Below the pieces are notes generated by a model. That model was not told the origin of the DNA, searched no databases, and worked only from the letters and a program-made list of their open reading frames with translations. A DNA stretch of 63,571 nt, filler included, from Octopus bimaculoides (taxonomy: Eukaryota), in NCBI RefSeq assembly GCF_001194135.2. It is 6 parts of 6 records of this genome, joined end to end, with 100 filler letters (N's around TTAATTAATTAA, not from the genome) between each part and the next. Parts side by side here need not be neighbours in the genome. Positions count along the whole stretch, not along the records: positions 1 to 22,279 come from NC_069008.1; 5 more parts are not named here. The stretch is one strand, 5' to 3'. This document shows positions 1 through 11,599 of this stretch, piece after piece (position 1 is the first letter of the stretch; every line of letters begins with the position of its first letter). Position numbers and translations under genes: made by a program.

Positions 1-191
1 GAAGAAAGAAGACATGCACTCAACACCAGAGCTGAAGACACCTCGGAAAGGGGGGCCCCGCCACGTCAAAACGGTAGAGGAGTAGGGGCCGAAACCGCAC
101 GTGGTTCCTCCTGATGATGTCTTGAGCTAACTGGATCCTATAAAGGAGCTGTGGTGGTAGCAGACCACGAAACATGGTTGAAACTCCTTCC
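1..191 (+). repeat. Unclassified dispersed repeat, copy 1 (inverted copy at 49974-50190)
   Basis: Aligns by eye to the reverse complement of 49974-50165 (ctgaagacac..ggggccgaaacc..gatgatgtc..ggatcctata.aggagctgt..ccttcc). Confidence 0.8.
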
Positions 192-349
192 TTCTATCTA
201 TCTATCTATCTATCTATCAGCCTTCTACTTACTTATATTTCTGTCTATCCATCCCCATTGTCATGGAACCTCACTCAAAAATCAAAAACAATGTTCTCTC
301 CTAAACAAACCCCCCCCCCAAAAAAAAACAACATGTTTTATATAAATGA

Positions 350-480
350 GCAATCTGTTTGTACATTCACAAAATTTAATTTGACAAGTTCTAGAGAGGA
401 ACGAAAACGCTAATAATAATGAAAAAATAAAAGGATTTTTTTCCAAAATTTTGACGACTTTTTTCTCAATATATATATGG
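350..480. mobile_element. One-armed copy of the fold-back MITE at 45459-45648
   Basis: tttgacaagttctagagaggaacgaaaacgctaataataatg..gacgactttttt matches the MITE arm; the adjacent gtacattcacaaaatt matches the reverse complement of its loop. Confidence 0.7.
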
Positions 481-2227
481 AGCAAATGTTTTATCGAAAG
501 CGTATATTGTTGTAAAATGCTCGAAATACGAGACTAAAAAAACAGCCAACAACTGATGAAGGTCGTTTTTTGTGCTGCTTTTTTTTTTTCCATTTGTGTC
601 TTCCGTTGTCCGAAAGAACAGTTCATGTTCCATGTACTCGTGCTTCGCCTTTTTTTTCTCTTTTTTTTTTTGTACACGTTTCATGACGTACAACTCGCCA
701 AATTCCGGATAAGATCGCCACCAATACATATGCATACTCCATTAAAAGTCTGTGGATGGTTTAGCGAATCGCTAATGTATATAGTGATAATTAAATTAGG
801 CAACAGTTTGGCAATGTAACATCACAAAGGAAAATTATAATTCTCATTAAACACCTATACTACTAACACTTATTTTTAGCATTGTAGATGTCTTTAACCC
901 CCTCTGTCATTTTCAATGACAAATATAATTTTTCATTTTGGTGTTACATCACTAAACTACTGCCTAATTCAATTATTATCATACATACATATATATAAAT
1001 ACTTATAACCAGTGGTGGCTCGTGTATAGGCACTCCCTATTTCTACTCCGTATTATCGATAACATTCAATATAATGAATCCTTTTTTCTTTAATTCTTTC
1101 TGCATACTTGTACATTATATAATCCTTAAGCTTAATGTCAGTAGCCATCTCCTGGTTTATGAAAAAAATACAAAAATCCTTGCATAGAACTATGCGCTTC
1201 ACAGTTCCAGTGACGCGGTGTTTGGTTGTTGTGCGCATGCTCACATGCCCGAGATAGGAAGTCCTACGCTACGGAAAGAAAGCACTGTGGTTCACACATT
1301 GCTGACCTTAGTGTGCTGGTGAACGGTAGCGTTTCTTTTTGACTCCACGTGTGTTATGCTTAAAAACATGTTTATGTTCTTTAATGTGATAAAGTATAGA
1401 ATTAAATTATTATCCTGNNNNNNNNNNNNNNNNNNNNNNNNNNNNNNNNNNNNNNNNNNNNNNNNNNNNNNNNNNNNNNNNNNNNNNNNNNNNNNNNNNN
1501 NNNNNNNNNNNNNNNNNNNNNNNNNNNNNNNNNNNNNNNNNNNNNNNNNNNNNNNNNNNNNNNNNNNNNNNNNNNNNNNNNNNNNNNNNNNNNNNNNNNN
1601 NNNNNNNNNNNNNNNNNNNNNNNNNNNNNNNNNNNNNNNNNNNNNNNNNNNNNNNNNNNNNNNNNNNNNNNNNNNNNNNNNNNNNNNNNNNNNNNNNNNN
1701 NNNNNNNNNNNNNNNNNNNNNNNNNNNNNNNNNNNNNNNNNNNNNNNNNNNNNNNNNNNNNNNNNNNNNNNNNNNNNNNNNNNNNNNNNNNNNNNNNNNN
1801 NNNNNNNNNNNNNNNNNNNNNNNNNNNNNNNNNNNNNNNNNNNNNNNNNNNNNNNNNNNNNNNNNNNNNNNNNNNNNNNNNNNNNNNNNNNNNNNNNNNN
1901 NNNNNNNNNNNNNNNNNNNNNNNNNNNNNNNNNNNNNNNNNNNNNNNNNNNNNNNNNNNNNNNNNNNNNNNNNNNNNNNNNNNNNNNNNNNNNNNNNNNN
2001 NNNNNNNNNNNNNNNNNNNNNNNNNNNNNNNNNNNNNNNNNNNNNNNNNNNNNNNNNNNNNNNNNNNNNNNNNNNNNNNNNNNNNNNNNNNNNNNNNNNN
2101 NNNNNNNNNNNNNNNNNNNNNNNNNNNNNNNNNNNNNNNNNNNNNNNNNNNNNNNNNNNNNNNNNNNNNNNNNNNNNNNNNNNNNNNNNNNNNNNNNNNN
2201 NNNNNNNNNNNNNNNNNNNNNNNNNNN

Positions 2228-2300
2228 NTGGTGGTGGTGGTGGTGGTGGTGGTGTTGGTGATGGTAGTGCTTGTGGTGCTGGTGGAGGCGGCGGTGGTGT
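2228..2300. repeat. (TGG)n microsatellite abutting a gap
   Basis: Directly visible. Confidence 0.9.
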
Positions 2301-2507
2301 TCAGTTGTGTGTAAAGCCGCATGATTGCATGGCAGCTGACCGCACAGCGTCGAGTGTCAGCTGTTAATCACACAGCAAAAAGCAGATGCTTACGTAGTTC
2401 CCACGTGACGTGTGAGATGTGTCAAACGTTAATGGAAGATTCTAGTTTCTCATTAATTGCAGGACCCACAAGAGATAGAAAAAAACTGAGGTGTGTGTGT
2501 GTGTGTG

Positions 2508-2540
<33 letters not shown>

Positions 2541-3053
2541 CTTTAAAGTGTTTCAGCTTTAACGCTGTGGTCATATATATGTGTGTATGTATATATAATG
2601 CAAACATGCATACACATACATACATACATATATACATACACACATACATGGATGCTGGCATATACACACATATGTAGATGTGTGTGGGTATATTTATATA
2701 TGGATATATATATATATATATATGTACATATATACATATATATATACATACATGCATACATACATACATACATACATACATACATACATACATAAACTTT
2801 GGTATAACTTTGAAAGGTTTCGGCCAGTATATGCCCAGGCCATGTCTAACTTAATAGCACTACCTGGTGAAGTATTTTAGTCATATATGGGGGACCATGG
2901 CCTCCTCTAACAAAGAGTTATAATTGCTGGAGACATATCCGGATGTAGTAGGTTGGTCCAGGATCTTTAAAGAAATTTGTCCAATGAACTTTTGTATTTT
3001 GAGGGATCCGTTTCCGTTTTGACGTATTTTGATATGGTATTAAAGAGAGCTGA

Positions 3054-3442
3054 GGAGGCGCAATGGCCCAGTGGTTAGGGCAGCGGATTCGCGGTCATAG
3101 GATCGCGGTTTCGATTCCCAGACCGGGCGTTGTGAGTGTTTATTGAGCGAAAACACCTAAAAGCTCCACGAGACTCCGGCAGGGGATGGTGGCGAACCCT
3201 GCTGTACTCTTCCACCACAACTTTTTCTCACTCTTACTTCCTGTTTCTGTTGTGCCTGTAATTCAAACGGTCAGCCTTGTCACACGCTGTGTCAAGCTGA
3301 ATATCCCCAAGAACTATGTTAAGGGTACACATGTCTGTGGAGTGCTCAGCCACTTGCACGTTAATTTCACGAGCAGGGTGTTCCGCTGATCGGATCAACT
3401 GGAACCCTCGACGTCGTAAGCGACGGAGTGCCAACAACAAAA
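3054..3442 (+). mobile_element. Full-length tRNA-derived SINE (type A)
   Basis: A box TGGCCCAGTGG, B box GGTTTCGATTCC, ~390 bp, (CAA)/A-rich tail. Its 3' tail recurs at 46649-46715 (+) and ~62590-62740 (-). Confidence 0.85.
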
Positions 3443-3774
3443 AGAGAGCTGAACTGGTTGAGGTAAGGTAGTTGTGATGTAATGTTGTTATGTGCCCTGG
3501 GTTCGATTTTTGAAGTGGGCGAGTAGCACGGGGGCCAAGTCATGGATAGGTTTTAAAATTGATGCCAACATCATTTGTGCAATACTGATGGAATATTTTC
3601 CACGTCACACAAATGATGTAGAGATTGAGATATTTTATTGAGTGGTGGTGGAGAACAAGCACTGACACAGAGACATACACATTGATACACACACATACAC
3701 ACACAGGCAAACATATATGTATATACATATACATACATACATATATATACATATGTGTGTGTATGTGTGTATTT

Positions 3775-3995
3775 ACGTGTGTGTCTTTGTGTTTGTTTTC
3801 CACCACCACTTGACAAGTGGTGTTGGTATGCTTACGTCTCCGTAACTTAACGGTTCGGCGAAAGAGACCGATAGAATAAGACTCAGGCTTTAAAAAATAA
3901 GTCCTGAGGACAATTCTTTTGAGTGGATCCTGTCAAGCCAGTGCTCCAGCATGGCCGCAATCAAATAACTAAAACAAGTAAAATGAAATAAAATA
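3775..3995 (+). mobile_element. 3' half of the abundant microsatellite-containing SINE (type C)
   Basis: gtttg..ttgacaa..cgtaactta.cggttcggc.aaagagaccgatagaataag..gctccagcatggccgca.tcaa..aaacaagtaaaa, following a (TG)n tract. At least 8 copies occur in the window. Confidence 0.8.
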
Positions 3996-4402
3996 AAATA
4001 AATATCATTCTCTTCATAGTTGACGCGGTTTTCGTTGTCATTGTGGTTGTCATCATCTCCACCACTGTTGTCGTGGTCGCCATTATTTTTATACTTGCTT
4101 TGCGACAGATCAGCCCTGTATTAGATATATGTATATATTATGTGTTTATACTTCAACAAGTAGAAAAGCACTCGATCAGCTAAGAGAGTAAAGATAATCT
4201 TAAAATATAAAATCACTAATCTTGTAATAACAGTTCCCCAGGGTTTCCTGGTCGAAATAATAATCTATTCAACCATTTATCAAGCTGAAAGCAAGACCGT
4301 TTGACTGTTGTCTTTTGAGTAGATAACGTTTAAACAAGAAACGCTAGCAAAGAAAAAGACAAGAAGAAAAGCACAGTGGAGATAACCAGCATTACAATAA
4401 TT

Positions 4403-4808
4403 CGATGTCGAGCCGACGTAAACCGATGTTGAGCCGATGTCGAGCCGACGTAAACCGATGTTGAGCCGATGTCGAACCGACGTAAACCGATGTTGAGCCG
4501 ATGTCGAGCCGACGTTNNNNNNNNNNNNNNNNNNNNNNNNNNNNNNNNNNNNNNNNNNNNNNNNNNNNNNNNNNNNNNNNNNNNNNNNNNNNNNNNNNNN
4601 NNNNNNNNNNNNNNNNNNNNNNNNNNNNNNNNNNNNNNNNNNNNNNNNNNNNNNNNNNNNNNNNNNNNNNNNCCGACGTAAACCGATGTTGAGCCGATGT
4701 CGAGCCGACGTAAACCGATGTTGAGCCGATGTCGAGCCGACGTAAACCGATGTTGAGCCGATGTCGAACCGACGTAAACCGATGTTGAGCCGATGTCGAG
4801 CCGACGTT
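4403..4808. repeat. 32-bp CpG-rich minisatellite (cgatgtcgagccgacgtaaaccgatgttgagc)n, interrupted by a gap
   Basis: Period 32 checked directly (4403, 4435, 4467). Confidence 0.95.
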
Positions 4809-5041
4809 AATGGTTTACTGAGTGTCCGGGGTCTACTTTTAAATTCCGACAAGATATATTTCTTGAAAGGCAGACATAAAGAAAAAAATCTCATTCTTCG
4901 AATTTATGTATTCATTGGAGGTTCTCAAGTTTTTCAAGCGACCACAGTGAAGATTTTTTAGACCTGTTAATACAGAGTGTGGATTTAGAGAGGATTTTCC
5001 ATTTGATGTCGAAATTGGTCCCTCCGTCTTTAAATATCCAG

Positions 5042-5115
<74 letters not shown>

Positions 5116-5454
5116 CATATGTGTGTGTGTGTGTGTACGAGCGATGCATGTTTGTATGTGTGTATGAGAGTGTGAATGTGAGTTCGTGAGCGCATGTTTG
5201 TTTACATTTCGTAGACAAAATTCGCCCGCATTCAGCCTCTATAATTGTCACTCACTCCCACTCCGTTTGTTTTCCCCCCAGAGATCCAAGGGCGTCCATA
5301 AATTATCTTTACAGCTTCCAAACTTCCGAACTTCAAATTGTAAGGATAATTTCTGCCCACCACCAAACCCGTCTTCAGGGTGGAGGAATGCCTATAGTGA
5401 GCATGAAGGAAGTCAGATTAGTTGAAAACACACAAAATACTTCACTTATTACTA

Positions 5455-6070
5455 ACTAGCTAACGGACCCGTTAATTCCCAGGAAAGTGGGGCTTATCCC
5501 TTGGTTCCGTTCTCATAATTGTTTCGCTAATCCAATAACAACAATACAAAGTATGTAGCCCTTAAAGCGGTTTTTGTACATTTACAGAGAATACCAAACT
5601 GTCTTCCATAGGATCTTGTTTTGGGGAATTCTCAATAAGTTACGAATATGCAAATTGTGAAGTCAGTTATGTAATAACATGAAATTAGATACCCGAGAGT
5701 AAGAAATCAAATAAAGTATCCCTGAAAAGGGCTTTAATGCGTTCCCGAAGTACATAGAACATAGGAGGAAATACCACAAAGGTATGTATACTAAAATCGT
5801 GAAGCATGTTACATGATAACAGGCTGATCAGATATGAGATAATAACAATTCAAAGTAAATAACTCTGAAAAGGACGTTTGTGCGTTCCCAGAAAATATTA
5901 CCCTCAGGGGCGCTAGTGTTGGTATATTCGTGAATAAGTCACTGACCGAAATAGGTGGATCTGTTGTTTAGGAAAATACTATTTACTTGTTTAAGGGTTG
6001 TACTGGATAAATTGCGAAAATAAATCTAACAGTTCAGATAGTAAGAAATAAGCAAACTCAATTTGATTTA
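5455..6070. mobile_element. Possible Helitron/Helentron-like non-autonomous element
   Basis: Starts actagctaacggacccg, resembling Helentron-type termini. It has a degenerate ~140-bp internal direct repeat (ctgaaaagg..gcgttccc at ~5730 and ~5870). Confidence 0.3.
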
Positions 6071-7859
6071 TACCAAATAATTTAGGAAAATACTTATATA
6101 CGAATCGTTTGGCTTTGTTTCTACGTTTGAGGCTTTTCCTATCGGAAGGCGATACCAATCGATACCTTTGTATGATGGTGACGCTGGCCGTTTGTTAACA
6201 TATTCATCAGTCTCTATGGCAGTTTTTGACAGGTTTTGAAGACAGTGAGATAGATGACAAGAATCACATTTACTGGAACAGCGACTGCTGGCGCATTAGT
6301 CTCGGTGTCCTTTGCTCTTCTGAACAGGTTAATGGGGGTTGTCTTGTAGAACGTGAGATTTGTATACCAGTAACTGATTTTCGATTTCTCTCAAGTGATT
6401 TTCCGTTTCGCAACAACCTTCAGAAAAGTTTCACTGTTGATATTATAACATTTAGGAGAAATGTTTGTACAATACTCACTCCGTAGCTCATCAATTCACA
6501 TAGAATCACGTTTGTATTGCTTATTTACATTACGAATCTCTATCCAAAATGACACTATATCATTCTGGGGAGAGGCCCTTGCAACCTTAATGCTATGGCC
6601 TTTCCTATTACACCACCCGTGGATTTAGTGCAAATATGAGATTGATGGCTTTTCGTTTAAGTAGGTTTGTTCAAGTTGTTTTACTTTTCAGGAACGTAAT
6701 GTTTCACTTACTGCTTGCAGTTCGTGTTTAAATTCTCATATCAACAGTTCCCTTAGACTTTAGATAATCTATCATAAAGTCTCAGCTGGTATTTCGTGAA
6801 TTTATTATTCGCTTTGAACTTAATTATGGCATCCAGCTGTCCAATATTTTCTCCCAATATTCGATATGTGTCTGGAATTAAGTAATCCATTTCTATTGCT
6901 TATTTTCACTGCGATCAATCTCCGCTACAGATCGATCTGTTGATAAGTGGTAATCACATCCAAGTAAGGCAGAACAGTCAATATCCAAATGGTTGGATTT
7001 TCAGTCTCAGCTAATTGCTCTTTAGCTAATTAGTCCATCGCAAATAGCACCAGGTCGCTATTGTTTCTATTGATTCATTTGTTAACTGTTCTCTCGTGAA
7101 GTTTTGTTTGAATTTTATCGTTAACTGTGTTTTCTGTTGTTTATAATCATGTATCTGTTCTGTCTGTTCGGAATTGGGTCGTATAACAGCAGCATGTTCA
7201 TCTTGATTCTATCGCATCGTTAGTGGTCCGTGTTGTTTACAGTTCTCTCAGGAGAATTTATTGGTCTGATCCAAATCATATTTACTATGCATTTCTGGTG
7301 GGCTGTGGAGATTAAGGCTAATTATATTTTCAACAAACGTTACTTGTTGCCGTTGTTATTTGACATTAAAGTTCGAGTAGTTGAGATATTTTAGATCGCA
7401 GTCATTCTTCACCCTTTTCATTTAACCAATCGAGATATATTCCTGAGCTTTTTCATAGGACTAAGAAAGGTCTGGGATTCAAAGGTCCACTGAAATTTCT
7501 CTCGATAGTTTTACGACCCTACGATAGCTGACCTTAGTCTCTCGCCATGGTGTATATAATAGTAATCCAGTTGATGTTCAGTTTTCTCCGCGTGGTTGCT
7601 GCTCTAGTCTCCCGTTATAAAAGGGCTTCTTCGCATTTATCTGAAAATAGCCAACTTTTTACCACACTTGTTTCAATGTCAAAAATTCCCGAGGAGAGTA
7701 TTCATTATAGAAGACGAATAATCTCCTTATACAGATGTGACTGACTTTGACATCGTAACAGGTATGTATGTATGTATGTATGTATGTATGGATGGATGTA
7801 TGGATGTATGTTTGGATGGATGGATGGATGGATGGATGGATGGATGGATGGATATTTTT

Positions 7860-8625
7860 CTTTGAGTTTTATTTAGGTTCTTCTTAATAAAATTCGAGTC
7901 GGTTACCAACAAAACGACAAGACTTTTGAGCTCCCAGTGTTTGTATATATGTGGTTCAGTTGGTGGGTTGGTTGGATTGTCGATGCATACACCCAAGGGT
8001 GTGAATCTATTCACAGAAGAATCTCAGATGGAGAATTTTTTAGAATGTGTTACAAATCTTCATTGTGCCACTAATAGGTTGGGTTTCGAGAATCCGTATC
8101 AATTTCTTTTGTTCTTTCTGAGAGAAAACTTGTATTTCTATGTTTTGGCGGAGATCTGTAGTTACATCGCCTAATGCACCTATGATGATAGGTACAAATG
8201 AGAATTTATAGTCAGGCTACTAGAGCTGTAAGTTCCGCATTAATTCACTATAAATGTTCTCTTTTTCCTGGACTTTTGATGGTACATTCACATCCACTGG
8301 ACAGCTGACCTCTACAATAGCGTATGACTTTTGTTCCCTGTCTTGCAGAAAAATATCAGGTCTGTTATGTTTGCACCAAATTGCTGTTTTTATTGGGGTG
8401 TTCCACAAGTATTCCTTGTTTTTAAAGGTATGAAAAGATATTGGTTCTGACATGCCTTTGATGTATACGACAGGACAATCTTTTCTGCAGATATCGATTG
8501 TAAATCGTCTTCGCAACTATATCATGCTTCAGGGGCCGGTAGCAGACATTTGGGGCAGTTGTTGATGATGTGGATATCTTCCACACTGGTATAGCAGAAC
8601 TGCAATTTTTTATCACAACGTGGAG
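7860..8625 (-). pseudogene. 3' end of a REL-endonuclease non-LTR retrotransposon (R4/Dong/NeSL-like)
   Basis: CCHC knuckle remnant ([17 protein letters not shown]), then KHDIVAKTIY, YLWNTPIKT..HNRPDI..VEVSCPVD..KVQEKENIY, PDYKFSFVPIIIGALG, ISGTMKICNTF*. Contains stops and frameshifts. Confidence 0.85.
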
Positions 8626-8701
8626 GGTTGGTGGTATCTTCTTTATTAGGCGTCTACGGACGGATGGATGGACGGATGGATGGACGGATGGACGGATGGA
8701 C

Positions 8702-8735
<34 letters not shown>

Positions 8736-8759
8736 ATGGATGGATGGATGTTTCTCTTA

Positions 8760-9247
8760 TTTTTTTATTGTTTACTTGTTTCAGTCTTAAGGCGGTTCTG
8801 GAGCACCGCCTTTACTCGAGAAAATCGATCCCAGGACTTATTCTTTGTAAGCCTAGTACTTANNNNNNNNNNNNNNNNNNNNNNNNNNNNNNNNNNNNNN
8901 NNNNNNNNNNNNNNNNNNNNNNNNNNNNNNNNNNNNNNNNNNNNNNNNNNNNNNNNNNNNNNNNNNNNNNNNNNNNNNNNNNNNNNNNNNNNNNNNNNNN
9001 NNNNNNNNNNNNNNNNNNNNNNNNNNNNNNNNNNNNNNNNNNNNNNNNNNNNNNNNNNNNNNNNNNNNNNNNNNNNNNNNNNNNNNNNNNNNNNNNNNNN
9101 NNNNNNNNNNNNNNNNNNNNTATATATATATACTCACAAGGCTTTAGTCGGCCCGAGGCTATAGTAGAAGAAACTTGCCCAAGGGACTGAACCCGGAGCT
9201 ATGTGGCTGGTAAGCAAGCTACTTACCACACAGCCACTCCTACGCCT
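8760..9247 (-). mobile_element. Type C SINE (tRNA/CORE-like head + internal microsatellite + 3' half) split by the 8863-9120 gap
   Basis: Head ggcgtaggagtggctgtgtggtaag..ccgggttcagtccc-ttgggcaagtttcttc on minus at 9247-9130, then (TA)n, the gap, and the type C tail at 8862-8760. Confidence 0.75.
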
Positions 9248-9255
9248 ATATATAT

Positions 9256-9540
9256 ATAGTTGAAATTTATAGAAAAACAACGGAGGAAGACAGGTGTGTG
9301 AATAACAAGCAAGTGTATTAGTTTGACACTCGGGAAAAATGAAAAAGTCTTTTACGTTTTGAGCCTAAGCTCTTCGACAGAAAGGAATAAGAGGAAATAA
9401 ACAGCGAGAGAATGAGAAAAACGTGTGAAGTTCAGCGGTCCAAAGTGGCGAATGATTGGGAAAAAAGAGGTTGAAAGAAAGGGAGATAATAATGAAAAAA
9501 GAGGTTGGATGGAAGGGAGATAATAACAGCGCTAGTGATC
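9256..9540 (-). mobile_element. Penelope-like terminal fragment, copy 1, with hammerhead-like motif (9349-9384)
   Basis: Reverse complement aligns to 42440-42727 and 46961-47159, with a shared 3' end aaattYcaacta followed by (TA)n. The Penelope assignment is inferred from the motif. Confidence 0.6.
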
Positions 9541-10039
9541 CCATCAAGAGAAGGTGCGTGTGCATATATATGTGTATGAGGAAATGGTGTGTATGAAGGT
9601 GTGTGTAAGTGTCTGGGTCAATAGGGGCGTGTGTTAGTGTGTGCGTGTGTAACGTGTGTGTGAGTGCATATGTCTGGTTTGTTGTATTGTGTGTAGCGGT
9701 TGACGTGTGCTTTTTCACGTGGTATGTGCACGTGTGTGTGTGTGATCAAACAGTGTGCATGTGTATGGTGTATGTATGTGAGCGAAAGTTATCTTTGTCT
9801 ATGTATGTTGCGTGTGTTAATGCGTGTTGCATGTGTATGTATATATTGTCTGTGTTCAGGTATTATGTGCGTGTGTGGGTATGGGAGTGTGTATGATGGT
9901 GGGTGGTGTGCATATATACGATGGGTTTCTATCAGTTTCCGTCTACCCAACACACACACACACACACACATCTCAATATATAACAATTAGAGAAAATAAT
10001 ATATTAAAATTAGAGGAAAAATTATCTGTGTGTGTGTGT

Positions 10040-10240
10040 GTGTGTGTGTGTGTCCCCATCAACGCCGGACAACCAGCATTCGTGTGTTTACCCCGTAACT
10101 TAGCGGTTCGGCACAAGAGACCGACAGAATAAGTGCTAGGCTTTAAGAAATAAACTTTAGGGTCGATTTATTCGACTAAAACCCTTCAAGGCGAAGCTCT
10201 AGCATGGCCACAGTAAAATGACTGAAACAAGTAAAAGAAA
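10040..10240 (+). mobile_element. Type C SINE 3' half
   Basis: (TG)n-ccccatc..cgtaacttagcggttcggcacaagagaccgacagaataag..tgactgaaacaagtaaaag. Confidence 0.8.
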
Positions 10241-10259
10241 TTGCTTGACTGTAATGTTT

Positions 10260-11345
10260 GTGCAAATTTATTTTATTCACACAACGGACATTGTTATTGT
10301 AAGTCAAACTATGTGCAAGGATTTGAGGGGGAAAAATCTACGCTTATTGCTTTTTCTGGAGTGTTCAAGTTGTCGACAATTTCGCTTTATGTTCCAAGAA
10401 TAGACAGCCATCATATTTACATCCCATCTACCCTGATACCGTTCCTCCATGAACTTCATATGCAGAAGGGGAATATAATTTTCTTTATGCCAACAAGTGA
10501 CTCTTATTGCGACTACCAGGCTTGAGGTCAGAGCCTGCTGGTCAATTCCCCTCTACCCAATTCTTCTCTCAGGCTCTACTGTCTCACTTGCACAGAAAGC
10601 AGGGATGTCCGGTGTATCTGCGTTGCTGTCCAAGAAGAAAGCATATCATTTGAAGGTCATGCAACAACTCGATGACTCTTTTTATGTCTCCGTATTCACG
10701 AAGGCAAATTGAATGCCCAAGTGGGACTATACCATATAAATTGTCATTGTAAGGAAGGACACACGTTAAGTTTCTCTTTGAGCTATTGATGAGCAGTTGA
10801 GTCCCCAATTCGGAGTTCCCAGTTTCTCTAGTAAAGCCTGCATTTTATGGCAAAGCACAAATCTACAGCCACTTCGAAAGTACTGCAGAAATGCAATTTC
10901 TCTGAATTGGTAGTAGGATACCTTCGTTCCTTTTTTCAAGCAAGTTTTATTCTCATTCAGTCTTGAGTTTTGAATGCTCTGTTTTGATAGTTCCAAATTT
11001 CGTGCCAAATTATTTAACTCCTGCTGATCGAATCCCTTACGAGGTGAGTCATCTTCAATTTCAGAATCTGCATCATTGATGTCACTGAATTCTTCACCAT
11101 GATCTACATCTTCAAGAGAGGGTAACTGAACGAGAATTGGCCCTGGGATTTCAGCTGAATGAGACACTGGATGTATAGCTGATGGTAGACTGAGATACTC
11201 GATTTTACGTTGTTTTTCTTGTTGTTTTGAACTTTTCTCTAAACAAAACTAACAGTCTGCAATAATCTTTTGCTTTCGCAAATCATAGGTATCTTATCAC
11301 GTATTCCCTTAGTCCAAATCCGCAATCTCTCGACGCACTGTCTGT
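10260..11345 (-). pseudogene. Degenerate, internally deleted DNA-transposon transposase, probably Chapaev3 (CMC) type
   Basis: Motifs RKIEYLSLPSAIHPVSHSAEIP, FDQQELNNLARNLELSK, LLINSSKRNLTCVL, LQMICFLLGQQRRYTGHPCFLC, KIIFPLLHMK and MEERYQGRWDVNMMA. Family name is from recall. Confidence 0.65.
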
Positions 11346-11471
11346 GCACCTTGTGAGGGGCTCAAGACTTGTCTTGACCAACAACTTTTACTTTAAAATA
11401 CGCAAAATAGCTTTGCTTCAAAAATGCACTGATGCTCGCATTTTAAGTGGGAATGGTGAAACTGCCACAGA

Positions 11472-11599
11472 TACGAGGGTTGTATGAAAGGTTTTGAGCC
11501 TTCAAGGCCTTTGAACCTTGAAGTTTTGTACCTTCATCAGAAGTCTTGTAGCATGTTTTGTTTTTTTTGAGGCTCAAGATTTTTCATACACCCTTCGTA
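11472..11599. mobile_element. ~124-bp mariner-type MITE with TA target duplication
   Basis: TA-CGAGGGTTGTATGAAAGGTTTTGAGCCT ... AGGCTCAAGATTTTTCATACACCCTTCG-TA: ~28-bp imperfect TIRs, with TA at both ends. Confidence 0.8.

Noticed and set aside
3054-3130. tRNA genes at SINE heads (also 56827, 58713)
   Set aside because: A/B boxes are present, but they continue into multi-copy SINE bodies with no convincing cloverleaf.
4403-4808. 32-bp repeat as a CRISPR array, and its apparent ~13-unit length
   Set aside because: There are no unique spacers. 4403-4516 equals 4695-4808, including the same variant unit, so the gap probably duplicates an overlap.
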